Origin: the human T2T-CHM13v2.0 reference genome, Homo sapiens
DNA: 64,000 nucleotides
Direction: 5' to 3' (one strand)
Assembly: GCF_009914755.1 (NCBI RefSeq)
Contig: NC_060925.1
The position numbers and the translations under genes were made by a program. Positions 43,497 to 55,965 of the stretch are shown one piece after another (position 1 is the first letter of the stretch; every line of letters begins with the position of its first letter). The notes under the pieces were generated by a model. It was not told where the DNA came from. It did not search any database and saw only the letters and a list, made by a program, of their open reading frames with translations.

Positions 43497-45960
43497 TCAG
43501 GTGGAGTGATGTTAGCAAGACTGGCAGAATAGGAGTTGCTCGTCACCTCACTGAAGCATAAATTTGAACAACTATCCATATGTAAAAATACTTTCACACA
43601 ATTTAAAGAATTCAGATGAGAGATTACAGCACCTGGGTCTGGCACAGAGATAAGAAAAGGTGCATCCAAGAGGGTAGTTTCACATTATCCATATTATTCC
43701 TTCCCCAATCTTACACAGGATATTGTGGAGAAAGAGACCATTCAAATGGAAAAGGAGAGTAAAATGAACGCTCAACCTTATAACGGACCCCATTACCAGC
43801 CTCCCCACAGCAGTCCCTATTGCCAGGTCAGCACCCAATGACCCAGGTTCCAGGACCACCTCAGCATCAGGTCAGTCCCATAGCCCCAGGCTCCAGAACT
43901 GCCTCCACGAACACAGATCCCAGGACCACACCAATGGACTCCAGGGCCAGGCTGGCACCAGCAGTCTCAGGCTTCAGCCTAGCCTCTGCATACCAAGACT
44001 CCAAGATGAGCCCTGCAGACTCGGGTTTCTGGCTGGACCCAGTAGACATATGTTCCAGACCCACCTCACCGCCAACCCAACCCACACAGACCCAGGATTC
44101 AGCCATACCCCTGCTAACCCAGAACCAAGGTCTGCCCCAGCATAGACAGGCCCAAATCTGCTTCCACTGAAGCCAATCTGTAAATACTGGACAGGGTGAC
44201 TGATTCTTCTAGTGTGCAGATAACAACACAAGATCACAAGGATTACTAATCAGGAAAACGTCAATGTCAAAAGAACAAAATTAAGCACCATTAACCAACC
44301 GTAAAGAAATAAATATCTATAAACTATCTGACTAATAATTCAAGTAATGTTTTTAAAGAAGCTCATTGGGCTACAAGAGAACACAGAAAACTAAACAATA
44401 TCAGTAAAACAATACATGAAAAATTTCAGAAGTTCAGCAATAGAAACCATAAAGAAGAAATTCTAGAGCTGAGAGCACAATGACAAAATTGGAAAAAATC
44501 CATAAAAAGCTTCAACAGCAGACTCAGTTAAGTAAAGAAAGAATCATTGAACTTGAATACTTCCCATTTGAAGTTACCCATTCCGAGGATCAGAAAGAAA
44601 AAAGAATGAAAATGTGTGAAGGAAAGACTACATAGTTTATGGGACATCACCAAGTGCATAAATATATGGGAGTATGAGAAAGAACACAGAAAGAAAAAAA
44701 GGGCAGGAAGCTTATTTAAGGAAATAATGACAAAAAAATCTACAGGAGAAAACGAACATTCAGTTCAATAAAGCCCAAAGAAAACCAACTAATTTAAATA
44801 TAAAGAGACCTTCACTGAGACACTTCATAACCAAATTCTAAAATCTCAAAGGTAAAAAGAATTTTGAAAGCAGCAAAGGAAAAGCAACTCATCAGAAACA
44901 ATGGAATTTCCAAAAGATTATCAGTGAATTTTTTTTCAGAAGAAACCTTCCAGGCCAGGAGAGAACAGGATAATATTATTTCAAATGCTGGGGGAAAAAA
45001 AGGCTGCCAATTAAGAACACTGTACTTAGAAAAGCTGTCCATCAGAAATGAAAGAGAGACAGAGACTTTCCCAGACCCCTTCCACAAAAAAAAAAAGAAA
45101 AAAAAATGGTGCGGAAGTTCAGCCCAACTAGATCTACCTTATATGAAATGCTAAAGGGAGTTCTTGAACGTGAAATGATGAAAAGCTAAGTGACAATCTG
45201 AAAACATATGAAAGTATAAAACTCACTGTAAAGGTAAGAATATAGTCATATTTATAATACTCTAATATTGTAGTGGTGGAGTATAAATCACTTTAACCTC
45301 AAGTATAAAAGTTAAAAAAACAAAAGTATTCGCAGTAGTTATAGCTTGTTGCCAAAGGGTAAAAAGTTTCAGTTGGATAGGAGGAATGTTCTGAGATCTA
45401 TTGCAAGGCAGGCTGATTACAGGCAATGATGATGTAGTATATATTTCAAAATAACTAAGACTAACTTTCAAATGTCTTACCAGAAAAAAAATGATAGGTA
45501 AGTGAGGTAATGGATATGTTAATTGGCTTGATTTAATCATTGTACATTGCATACATATGTTGAACCATCACATTGTACCCCATAAGTATATACAATCATT
45601 TACTTAAAAATAGTATTAATAAAAATTATTTAAATAAAATAAAAATTTAAAAGGTAAATAAAATAAAAATGACTGTAGCTATAATGATTTCTTAATGCAC
45701 ACACAATATTTAAAAGATGTAAAATAGCATAAAATGTGGGGGAAGGAGAAGTTGAACTGAAAGTTTTTGCAGGTGAATTTAAGTTTTTATCAGATTAAAA
45801 TAGACTGTTATAATTATAAAATGTTTCATGTAAACCCCATAGTAACCAGAAAGACAAAACCTGTGGTAGATACAGAAGAGATAAAGAGGAAGTAATCAAA
45901 GTATACCATTATAATAAGTTATCAAATCACTAAGGGAGATAGCAAGAGAAGGCAGACATA
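43497..45960 (+). mobile_element. L1M (L1MA/MB-era) 5' UTR plus ORF1 fragment
   Basis: 5' start gtgatgttagcaaga.tggcagaatagg, tandem-repeat UTR. ORF 44864..45154 (KAAKEKQ..KRLSVNFFSEETFQARRE..LRTLYLEKLS) matches the ORF1p C-terminal domain. Confidence 0.8.
45345..45665 (+). mobile_element. L1MA (4-8-like) 3' end nested in the L1M
   Basis: aaagggtaaaaagtttcagtt.gataggaggaat, gtgaggtaatggatatgttaatt.gcttgatttaatcatt, catcacattgtaccccataa, A-rich tail. Confidence 0.8.
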
Positions 45961-45961
45961 A

Positions 45962-46560
45962 GACGTGAATGTAAAGTGGTAAAACGACTTTGGAATAAAG
46001 GAGTTTGGCCATTTCTTAAAAAGGTAAATATACTTCTACCATAAAACCCAGACACTCTCCCACTAGATGTTTGTAAAAGAGATATAAAAGCAAATGCCTA
46101 TTCAAAGAGCTGTAAATAGACTTACTACTAGTTACACTTGTAATCGTTGAGACCTAGAAACAACACCAATATCCATCAACAAGTGAAAGCATAAACAAAT
46201 TGTGGTATAATTTCATAATAAAATGTAATAATAAAGTAATGAACAAGTGATATATATTACAACCTGGATGGATCACAAAAGAAAATGCTGAGTGAAAGAA
46301 GCGAGGTTTCCACCTCTCCTTTCTCTCAAAAACCCAACTAAATACTGTGTATTTCCATTATGTACATTTTTTTAAAATGAAAACTAATCTATAGTGACAG
46401 AAATTAGGTCATTTTTGCCTGGGACAGAAAGGGTTGGGAGTCAGGAATTTCAAACATCAAAAGGAAACTTTTAGAGTTGATGAAGATGTTTATTTTCTCG
46501 ATGAGATGATGGTTTCAAGAGTGTGGTGGTTCATAAACCAACCTCTATACACACATGTTG
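45962..46560 (+). mobile_element. L1ME-type 3' fragment (host resumes)
   Basis: gtgaatgtaaagtggta..acgactttgga, tccatcaacaagtgaa..ataaacaaattgtggtata, atgctgagtgaaagaagc, aaaactaatctatagtgacagaa. Confidence 0.75.
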
Positions 46561-46764
46561 TCTTTTTTAATTAGAAATACAGTATGTCTATTTTCCAGAT
46601 CTTTGATCTAATTATGTTTAATGACCTTTTATAAGACATTGATATTACATAATTTACTGGAGAATATAATTTTGTGTCCAGAGTTTTGACACTGCCTAAA
46701 TTGTTAATTGTATCTTTTTTGATGTATGCTCTGTACTTTGTTTTCTTTCTTTCTTCACCTTTTG

Positions 46765-47160
46765 GGATTGAATTAGGGCAAAGCTAATTGCTATAAGAAA
46801 CAAACTGTGTGTTAGTGGCTTAACTCAATCATAGTTAATATCTCACTTATCTAATGATACCAGGTGGGTGAACAAAACAGAGGGCAGCCTCCTCTATGTA
46901 CTCATTCAGAGCCCAGAGTTACAAAAGCTCTGCTATCTTCTACATATGTTTTCCAAAATCTTTCTGAGAATATTCTCTATTATAGGTTAGCCAGAGGTGA
47001 CAGAGCATGGAGAATCACTTGTAGGAGATATTCACATATTAGGCTTGAAGTAGCACTTCCTTTCATGGCTAGGCCTCAGTCACAGAAACACCTCTACTAA
47101 CTAGGAAAGAGAGAAATGCAGCCTTTGACAGCCACTCTAAACAACTTCTGTAACAAGGTA
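46765..47160 (-). mobile_element. MLT1K/L-like MaLR LTR
   Basis: gctaattgctataagaaac..gtggcttaac, tcattcagagcccag, aggcttgaagtagcac, cctcagtcacag. Confidence 0.55.
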
Positions 47161-47189
47161 TACAAATTTGTAATATTTTCTACAGGTGA

Positions 47190-47784
47190 TGAAACTATTC
47201 CTATAAATTTTATAAAACTAATCAGGGAAGAAGGAAGAGGAGAAACAAAAAGAAATCATGCTTGCAGCATGTTCAGCATTAATCATTAGGCAGCTTGCTC
47301 TCCAACCTGCTTCCTCAGAGCGGTCCACTGCCTATTGCCTCAGACTCACAGAGACCTTATCACAAGACTATCGTTCCCCTTAACTGCTTTAAAGATAACA
47401 ACTTAAACATTGTAAAATCTTAAGTTTTCCCTTTGAGATATTCTTTCAGCTCCTGCATACCAATGAAACTACTGATGTCAGCTGATCTGAATGACACCCC
47501 AGGGAAGCTGATTCACCAAAGAACATAATTTCCATATCCTGATGACTTTATGTCCTTTCCCCTAACCAATCAACAACCCCAATTTTACAGCTCCTTGCCC
47601 TCCATGATCCCCTTAAAAGCCCCAGCCCATAATTCCTCAGGGAGATGGCTTTGAGAGTCTCCTCCTATCTCTTTGCTCAGTTGCCCTGAAATCATTAAAC
47701 TCTTTCTCTGTTGCAAATCCTGCTGTCTAAGTATATTGGTATGTTACTGCACAACAGGCATAGGAACATGTTGGTCCTGTAACA
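47190..47784 (+). mobile_element. LTR26-type ERV1 solo LTR
   Basis: tgaaac..ttcctataaa.tttataaaa.taatcagggaagaagg...gcttgcagca..ttcagcattaatcattagg, end ggtcctgtaaca, flanks gtga/atga. Confidence 0.8.
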
Positions 47785-47829
47785 ATGATAAAAATGTTGG
47801 TGGATTGAGCTATTCAAAATGTAATAGAT

Positions 47830-48160
47830 AGTAATTGATGTATTCCTAAAAGTTGTAACAAATTCCATCCCCTGTGACAATGTATGAGAGTGCATTTTCC
47901 CTTTCATATTTATTCACATTGAATATTATCAATAGTTTAAATTTTTGTTTTGTGTTGTAATAGTGAAGTGTTTGAATTTTGTTTTAATTTTCATTTTCAG
48001 CCTACTAGTAATTTTGCTTATGTCTTATTTTTTAAAGGACATTTATGTTTCTTATTCTGAGATTCACCTTCATAACTTTTGCCTATTTTCCAAATTTTTG
48101 TATTTGTACTTTTCTTTGAATATGAATAAGATGTAACTGGGAATATGTATCTATTGCCAA
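47830..48160 (-). mobile_element. L1ME relic
   Basis: caatgtatgagagtgcattttcc, ttgttttaattttcatttt, aggacatttatgtttctta. Confidence 0.5.
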
Positions 48161-48851
48161 TCATATGGACTGGAAATGATTGAAGTGTATTGTTGACATA
48201 TATTTCATTTTGTTTTAATTACAGATTCTGTGTTTCTGAAATATTTATTATTTTCTATGTTTATATTACACTTTATTATTTCATAATGTAAATGCAATGT
48301 CAATATGTTTATAATTCATTGCACTAATATGACCTCCTCATAGAAACTTTTTTAAGAAGATGATGCTCCATGAGTAATTTTACGTTTCTCCATGCTTACG
48401 GCTTTATGAACAAAGACCTCCTGGACCTCAAGGATAACAAAGTACTAACTAGGCTTGGGAGTTAGAGATGATGAATTTCCCCAGAGCCAGTTGCTTCTAT
48501 TCTAATGACAATATAGTTTAGATAAATATTTTATCTTACCCAGTGCCCATTGCCTACATTCCAAGTTAGAGCCCTTTCCCCCACCCCAAGAGAAAATATG
48601 TTCACATTTCAGAGTAAAAGACAACGGCTATTCATTTTCAGAGGCAAGGATGGATATATGTGCCTGCACATTCTCTATGAACCCTGAGTTTCATAATTCC
48701 AGAGGTCTTCTCCTCTGGCGCAAGCCCCTCTCACCATGCCAGTGCCACCTGGCTCTTAGCATGTGATGCTGTAGGCACTTGAATTTGGGGTTTGGAAAAC
48801 AGACTCAAGCTTCTCTGCCCATAAGAAGTTTTCTCCTTGATGTTGAAGTGA

Positions 48852-48892
48852 TGCGTGTGTGCATGTGTGTGTGTGAGTGTGTGTGTGTGTGT
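48852..48892. repeat. (TG)n imperfect microsatellite
   Basis: Direct reading of the sequence. Confidence 0.85.
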
Positions 48893-50584
48893 ATCTGGGG
48901 CAGGAAAACACTATGCTAATACCTTATAATCTGTACTGTTTCAGACTTAACTTTATTATCTTTTTCTTCCTTTTTAGAAAATAAAATGGTAAAAAGCACA
49001 TTACCCTAATATTATCATCATATATATATATATATATGTATTTGTATATTTAACTAGTACTCTACAATAAAAAATAGAATAAAAATAAACTAATTTTATA
49101 ATAGCAGTTTTTGATACAGAGAAGGTGATATAAATCTGAAGAATGAGCATAGAAATAAGAGCTTAGAGATTTTCATGATTTTAGGTTTTAATAAAGCTTC
49201 CACTTAATTTTTCTGTGTCCAGTTTCTTTCAAAATTCCATTTTGTGCACTTATAAAAGCTTTATATTACTTTTACATACAAAATATAACAAAGCCATCTG
49301 TGATATTCTTCTCCTCCTTAAAAACATTTTCTTAGAGTATAATCAGAAACCGACTCTTACTATAGTTGAATTTGTACCTATAATACCTATACAAATGTAT
49401 AATGCCTGCATATATATAATATACTCTCTCTATATATATATAGAATTTATATATGCAGGGAACTTAAATAAATCGCCTTGTTGTCCAAAGTAGACCCTAG
49501 TTTATCCCCTTGGAAACAATGAGAAAATATTTCAGTTGTCTTTAAAGTGAAGTCAAAATGAATCCAAGGAATAAGCTTAGTGTCTTCTATCTCCTTTGAG
49601 CACCAGAAAAACTTCCTTGAACACATCTGATGACCATAAAGTGGAATATACCTGCTACCAGCTTAATTCGATGAGTTTGTATTTTAAATTTATATCTTCA
49701 AGGATCTCATGAAAAAATTACCAAGAACAGTAGGATTAACTTCAGTTCTCAGTGTATGACAAATAAATAAATCATTTGGGTAGCAAAGAGAGAAAAGTGA
49801 TAATCTTGTGAGATTCTTGGAAAATTTGAATTGTCTCCTATTAACACCTTCTGAGTCTTGTGTCATGGGCTGTTTTTTGGAAAGTTTATTTCACAATAGC
49901 CTAAGGTAGGCCAAAATTGCCTTGAAATACGTATTTCCAGTGTATTATGGTTAAAAAATTACAAATAGCATTGCATATTTCATATATAATAAGCACTGTT
50001 AAGTCCTAATTATGTAGATTCTAAAGGGCACACTAGAACTAGTGCCAGTTTTTAGGATTAGAATAATGATTCCATGACATTACAAATTAATGTAGCTATG
50101 CTGTCATGGAAGATATGTATAAATAGTAAGAAGTACTTTTTGGTGATTTACAGAAAACTTTTGTTTGTTTGTTTAAGCTGATCTCTCCAATACCCAGTTT
50201 TTCAATTGTCAAGTCAATAATAACTACATATGCATGTCTTTTTAATATTCAAAAATGTATGTTCTATTCTTTTCCATTTAGTTTACAATCTCCTAAAGAT
50301 TCAAGTATCAAAGGCAATTATGAGTGAAGGCATTTTTACCTACCATTCTAAAAGTATTCATCACTAAGTTCATGGTCAGCATCCATTTTTTTAGAGGAAT
50401 GTGTTTCTTGTGCCAAAATGCTGATGAATAGTTTATCTTATATATAAAAACCTTGCATGTAGGATGCAATTATTTCCTGTAAAGTAGTCCCTGATTACTG
50501 AGGATTTAGGACTATACAACTGCACTGTGTGATTGTTTTCATATACATGTCCTATCACATGGAATAGATATTTTGCTTAAGGTT

Positions 50585-50880
50585 GTTTGTTTGTTTTTGA
50601 AACACAGTAACACTCTGTCTCCCAGGCTGGAGTACAGTGGCATGATCTCGGCTCACTGCAACCTCCACTTTCTGGGTTCAAGTGATTCTCCTGCCTCAGC
50701 CTCCTGAGTAGCTGGGACTACAGGCACGCTCCACCACGCTCAGCTAATTTTTTTGTATTTTTAGTAGAGATGGGGTTTCACCATGTTGGCCAGAATGGTC
50801 TCGATCTCTTGATCTCAGGATCCACCTGCCTCAGCCTCCCAAAGTGCTGGGATTACAGGTGTGAGCCACTGTGCCCAGCC
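50585..50880 (-). mobile_element. AluS (Sc-like)
   Basis: ggtctcgatctcttga diagnostic. tgcttaaggtt on both sides. Confidence 0.92.
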
Positions 50881-50919
50881 CCTGCTTAAGGTTTCAAGAG
50901 AGGACATGGTGAAATGAAA

Positions 50920-51490
50920 GCAAATGTTTATGGGACATTTATTATGTGCTGGACAGTATGAAAATGCACTAAATAGATGATCATAACAACCATTTTAATA
51001 ATATTATTATATGGCATCCTTTTAAAAAAAGACTTTATTTTTTAGAGAAGTTTTAACTTCACAGTAAAATTCAGAAGAAGGTACAGAGATTTCCAGTATA
51101 TACCCTGCCCCGCTATATCCACAGCCTCTCCCATTATCAACATCCCCCACCAGATTGTTATCTTTGCTACTATTGATGAACCCACATCGACACATCATTA
51201 TCATTGAAGTCGATGGTCTATATTAGGGTTCATTCATAGTGTTGTGTATTCCATGGGTTTGGACAAATAAGAGGAACACAGAAGATTCCTAGGGTGGTAG
51301 GGTGGTGAAAATACTCTGTATTTTACTATAATACTGGATAACTGTCATTATCTATTTGTCCAACTGCCCCACCCCACTCAATTTTCTTAGATAAAGAAGA
51401 TGCAGCTTAAAATGATTGCTATTTATCCAAGGACACATTATTAAGAATGGTGGAGCTGGAACCAAACTTGGACTCTTGAATCCAAAGGCT
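50920..51490 (-). mobile_element. MIR split by an L1MC insertion
   Basis: aatgtttatgggacatttattatgtgc..gcact..ata...cataacaacc before the insertion, and tttatccaaggacaca..taagaatggtggagctggaa after it. Confidence 0.65.
51020..51363 (-). mobile_element. L1MC1/2-like 3' end with a 5'-inverted segment (51270-51363 on +)
   Basis: Minus-strand 3' terminus (gtacagagatttcc..tataccc, tcaacatcccccaccaga, gatgaacc.acat.gacacatcattatca) followed by the adjacent upstream consensus segment in + orientation. Confidence 0.85.
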
Positions 51491-54047
51491 CTTTTTATAA
51501 TTTTTTTAAAGAAATTAGTCTAGATGCAGTGATTATGGACCTTTCCAGTTATCATTTTATAACAATTTTATCTCATTATATAGTGAAATTCTTACTTGAA
51601 TAGACTGAAATACCCAGATAATCTAAGACTTTGTTTGTTATCCTTTGTTTGATATGCAATCGAGTGAATGAGACTCTGTAAGATAGTTACTAGACTGTGG
51701 ATAAAAGTAAGTAAAACCTAAATTCATGGCATTTGATTATTATTATGTAAGTGTTGGATTGGACTTGAAACAAGTTATATCAATCGACAGAATTAAGAGT
51801 GAAACAATCAGGCACACTGTTGATGAGGAATAAGAATCACAGCTATATAAAGTTGTTTCATAAAAAGTCAAAATATTCACTGCTTTTTTTCTGTGTAGCT
51901 GACATCCTCAGAAGGTAGAGGGTGATACAGTTTTTTATGGAATACACTTCTGCTAAGCTAAGCCAAGCTTCTGTTCTCCTGCCTATGAGTCAGGGAAGCT
52001 GAGGCTTACCTCAACTGAGAACACTTTACCCCACTCATCTTTGATTGACTTTGTATGCCAATCCTTTTAGGAACAATGAAATTATCTGTAAGTGTATGCA
52101 TATATGTGTTTCTTAAAAAGCACAATGAAAAGCAAACTAATCTTCAACAGATCTTTTTTGGGTCCATTGTTGGAGAGAGAGTACTTAGGGATCAAAACTG
52201 CATTTCCAACAATTTCTTGCCACTTTTAGGTATTCATCAAGGCCTTCTATTCATTTGAGGATTAAAACATATTTAGACCTTATAATGCTGACTTCAGGGC
52301 ACGTATCTTTTTAAAAATTATAGGATGATTGAAAGACATCTTACCATGTGTCACATACAATGTTATTTTGTAGTTTGGTTGATGCATTGGGTTCTAGGGG
52401 ATGTTTGAGCTCACTTGGCCTGCTGCCAAGAGTGCAATTAAAAATGTAAGTGATGGGTAGTAGCAGATGCCATTACATTTAATAAGACATAGGTCAAGTA
52501 AAAGTACTGCTGGACCAATAATGCTATTGAACTTGAAGTTAATATCAATAATGCCTAACAACCTCAAAGTTGCACTGTCACCTATATAATAAATTACATA
52601 GAAAAAAATTATGAAGTGTTAAAGTATTATAAAAATCAACTCTATTTGTTATTAAAAGATCATGTTATTTGATGTAGGTGATAAGTATTTGCTTTCATAA
52701 TATCTGAGTTAGATGCTAAAAATATTTAGTAGATAATGGGCCTCCTGTCAAAACTCATCAGATATTCTTTGAACCTCTGAATTTCCAATTCATATCATCT
52801 CCTCCTGGGCTGATTAATTGAAAATCATTCAGCTGAAATATTGTTGCTCTTCCCCCTGTACCACTGCTTTATCTACATGATTTGATCTGCATAAGAGAAG
52901 ATATCCATTGAACATACTATTTCAAAATTGGAGTATATAAATAAAATAAGTCCATATATTGAAGACCTAATTAATCAACTAAACAATCCTGGCTATAGAA
53001 GTAAACATATAAAAAAGGCTTTTTGTGTTTCTCTTTAAAATACTCTCAAGATTTATATTTATGCACTGTCTGATCTAATGGCTTGTAGAATACATAGAAC
53101 TTTTGCAGATCAATATAACAATTTACAGACCTGTCACAGTATATGAAAGTAACTCATTTAAATTACTCAAGCACTCTTATAGGAAGTGCCTTCAAATTTA
53201 AATAATAGATTCCTAGCAAAAGGAAAGATTGTCAAATGAATCTTTTTAGACATTATAGCACAAGGTGAAAAATTCATTCTTTGAGTAAAAATAATATTCC
53301 CCTAAAATTATTACAGGTGTTAACATTGTAGATTTGATGCAGTTTTAAAATTTCTAAAGCTACTTTATATAATAGCCAATAAGAATACATATTAAGCCCA
53401 ATTTTACAAGTCATTGATGTGAGTATCAGGGTTTTAATAACTTGCCCAAATGGTAGATTAAACTGATATCCCATGTCTCTCCTTCCATATTCAGTAATCT
53501 TTTTGCACATTAAATACATCTGTCACATTGTACCTCGAACACAGTAAATAGACTATATGTTGGTCATCTTGAAGAGAGAAAATGCATTTGAATCTTAAAA
53601 TTATATATGTACACCACTCCGAAAAAGAAATGTAAAATCTCATGTGTAGAATTTGCAAAATAAGTAGGAGAGCAATGCCTAATTTGTATAGTTGAGTAAA
53701 AACAATAGCAAGGAAGAAATGGTATGGCAGAAACTTCAGAAAGTGAAGAAAAGGAAGATAATACAGGAAAGAAGTCCGAGAGAATCCCATATTTTTTATA
53801 GTCATTTACAAAAATAGTTTACCACATTGTCCAATATGTAAGAAGTCCAGCATTTTTGGCTCAGTATAGTTTTTCTAAACAAGTCCATAATTACTACCTT
53901 TGTATAACTTTATTAAAAGTAAAGATATAATAAATTATAGGGTAAAGCTTTTTAGAATAAATTGGCTTTGGTTCAAGCATTAAAAGTTGGTCATTTGGAT
54001 TTATTCATTTTCACTCCCAATAATTTTCCAAGGTGTCATTAACGGAG

Positions 54048-54153
54048 AATAAAAAAAAAAGAAAAAAGAAGAGGACAAGAAGGATGAGCGTGAAGAGGAT
54101 GATGAGAAGAAAGAAAGAAGAAAGAAAGAAAGGAAGAAAGAAAGAAAGAAACA

Positions 54154-54185
<32 letters not shown>

Positions 54186-54278
54186 GAAAGAAAGAAGAAA
54201 GAAAGAAACAGAAAGAAAAGAAAGAAAGGAAGAAAGGAAGGAAGGAGAAAGAAGGAAGAGAAGAAAAGAAAGAACAAT
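54048..54278. repeat. GA-rich low-complexity / (GAAA)n tract
   Basis: Direct reading: almost pure purine. Confidence 0.95.
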
Positions 54279-55192
54279 TAAAATGGGAGAGAGATCAGTG
54301 ACTAAAATTTTTAACAAGTATGAGTATCACAGAAAGCTTTTGCAAGGTGGGTGATTCATGGAGAAAAGAGGATGAAGCTCTGCAGGACATATGAGAAGAC
54401 TACAGTGGATAATTTGAGCTGTCTCCACCAAGCTCCTGAGGCTCAGGGCTCAAAAACAGCAGGCAGTTGGTTGTAGAAGATGTGAGTCTATTAAGGGAAC
54501 TTTAGTTGAAAGTACAGAGATCGATCTATGAATCAACCTCTTTCACGCCATCTACATCATCCACATAATATCAGTAAAAATGATAAATAGAGACGAAAGA
54601 AAATTGAAGGGAGGAATAGGAACAGGATCATCCAAGGAGCTTTTAAAGCTGCAACAGTTATTCAAGTAACCACCACGTACACAGGCCAATAACTTTTTAA
54701 CAAATATACACACTGGCATATAAATTGTGAAATTTATAACATCAATGATGTATAGACACCCATAAAAATTTCAGAGGACAAAATGTGTTACCTACCCAAG
54801 ACCATTAATGTATTGGAGTTCTCATCAGCAAAACCATACAACTGAACAGTGCCTTCATATTTCTAAATAAGAATGACTTTCATCTAAGAATTATATGATG
54901 AATCAATCCAAATATCAAAAAATGTATTTACATGGGAGGTCTTGTAGGACTGGCACAAATAGTTAATAGAGATCTTCAGAAAAAAACAAGGCAAAACACA
55001 TTTCAACAGAGTAGCTGATTATAATGGCAAATTAGAGGACACATTGACTATGTAGAAAATATAGTAAAACATACACACATAGACACATCATTCTCCATAT
55101 GAAGAAATATAATTTTTAGTTGTGGATATCACTTACATAAAGGTATTGAAAACATGGTTTATTTGGTTTCACAATGCATATTCAAGTTATAG

Positions 55193-55315
55193 ACCTATGG
55201 TTCTTAACCCTGATTTTAAGGCAATTATATTAAAATGTCTGGTAACAAGGCCCAGGCATACCTGTCTGTGAAAGTGCTCCAGAACTGTCTATCATGTAGC
55301 TAAGTTTGAGAAACA
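55193..55315. mobile_element. MER5-like fragment
   Basis: tggttcttaaccctg...ggcccaggcat...aaagtgctccag...aagtttgagaaac. Confidence 0.5.
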
Positions 55316-55646
55316 AAACACAATAGAGAGTAATATAAACAAAATATAAATATAAACCCTAGGGTTTCAGAAGAGAAGGTAAAATTAATTAAAATTTAAA
55401 ATACTAAAGATGAAAATTGAGATGACAGAGGCTGGGAGTTCAGAAATGACAAAGTGTGCCAAAGAAAGCTGTAGAAAGCTGGGTGCACTCACTAGAAGGC
55501 TGCTCACTGCTGTGTCTGTCCTGACGAGTTCATTCGAAATAGTATCATTCTCTACGTATTGCTAAATAGTCTGAATTCTAACTTTTTGTATGTTAATATC
55601 CTTCCCTAACCAAAAAAAAAAAAAAATTCTCTTTAGGGTTGACATG

Positions 55647-55756
55647 TTTTTAATTTTTTTTAATTTATGATACTTTAAGTTCCAGGATACATGTGCAGAA
55701 TGTGCATGTTTGTTACATAGTTATACATGTGCCATGGTGGTTTGCTGCACCCATCA
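55647..55756 (-). mobile_element. Very short L1PA (7/8-like) 3' end
   Basis: atactttaagttc..ggatacatgtgcagaa.gtgca.gtttgttacatag.tatacatgtgccatggtggtttgctgcacccatca. TSD tagggttga(c/t)at at 55634 and 55757. Confidence 0.92.
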
Positions 55757-55965
55757 TAGGGTTGATATTTTAAAAAAAATTTTAATTACATAAATTTGCA
55801 AAAATTAACAGGTAGAAACACAAAATTGGTAATAACTCTATTCTAAAGGTGTAAAAAAATAAGAAAAGAGTAGTTTAAGTAAATTAATAGATGTCTAAAA
55901 TAGCTACATAATTCTAATAATATACATATTATTGATTTAATTTAAAAATCATCTAGGGTTTAAAC

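Noticed and set aside
44864-45154. Functional L1 ORF1p
   Set aside because: Only a short open remnant remains. The surrounding ORF1 has stops and frameshifts, and ORF2 is absent.
54011-54317. K/R/E-rich and F/L/S-rich ORFs
   Set aside because: These are translations of the GA-rich simple repeat.
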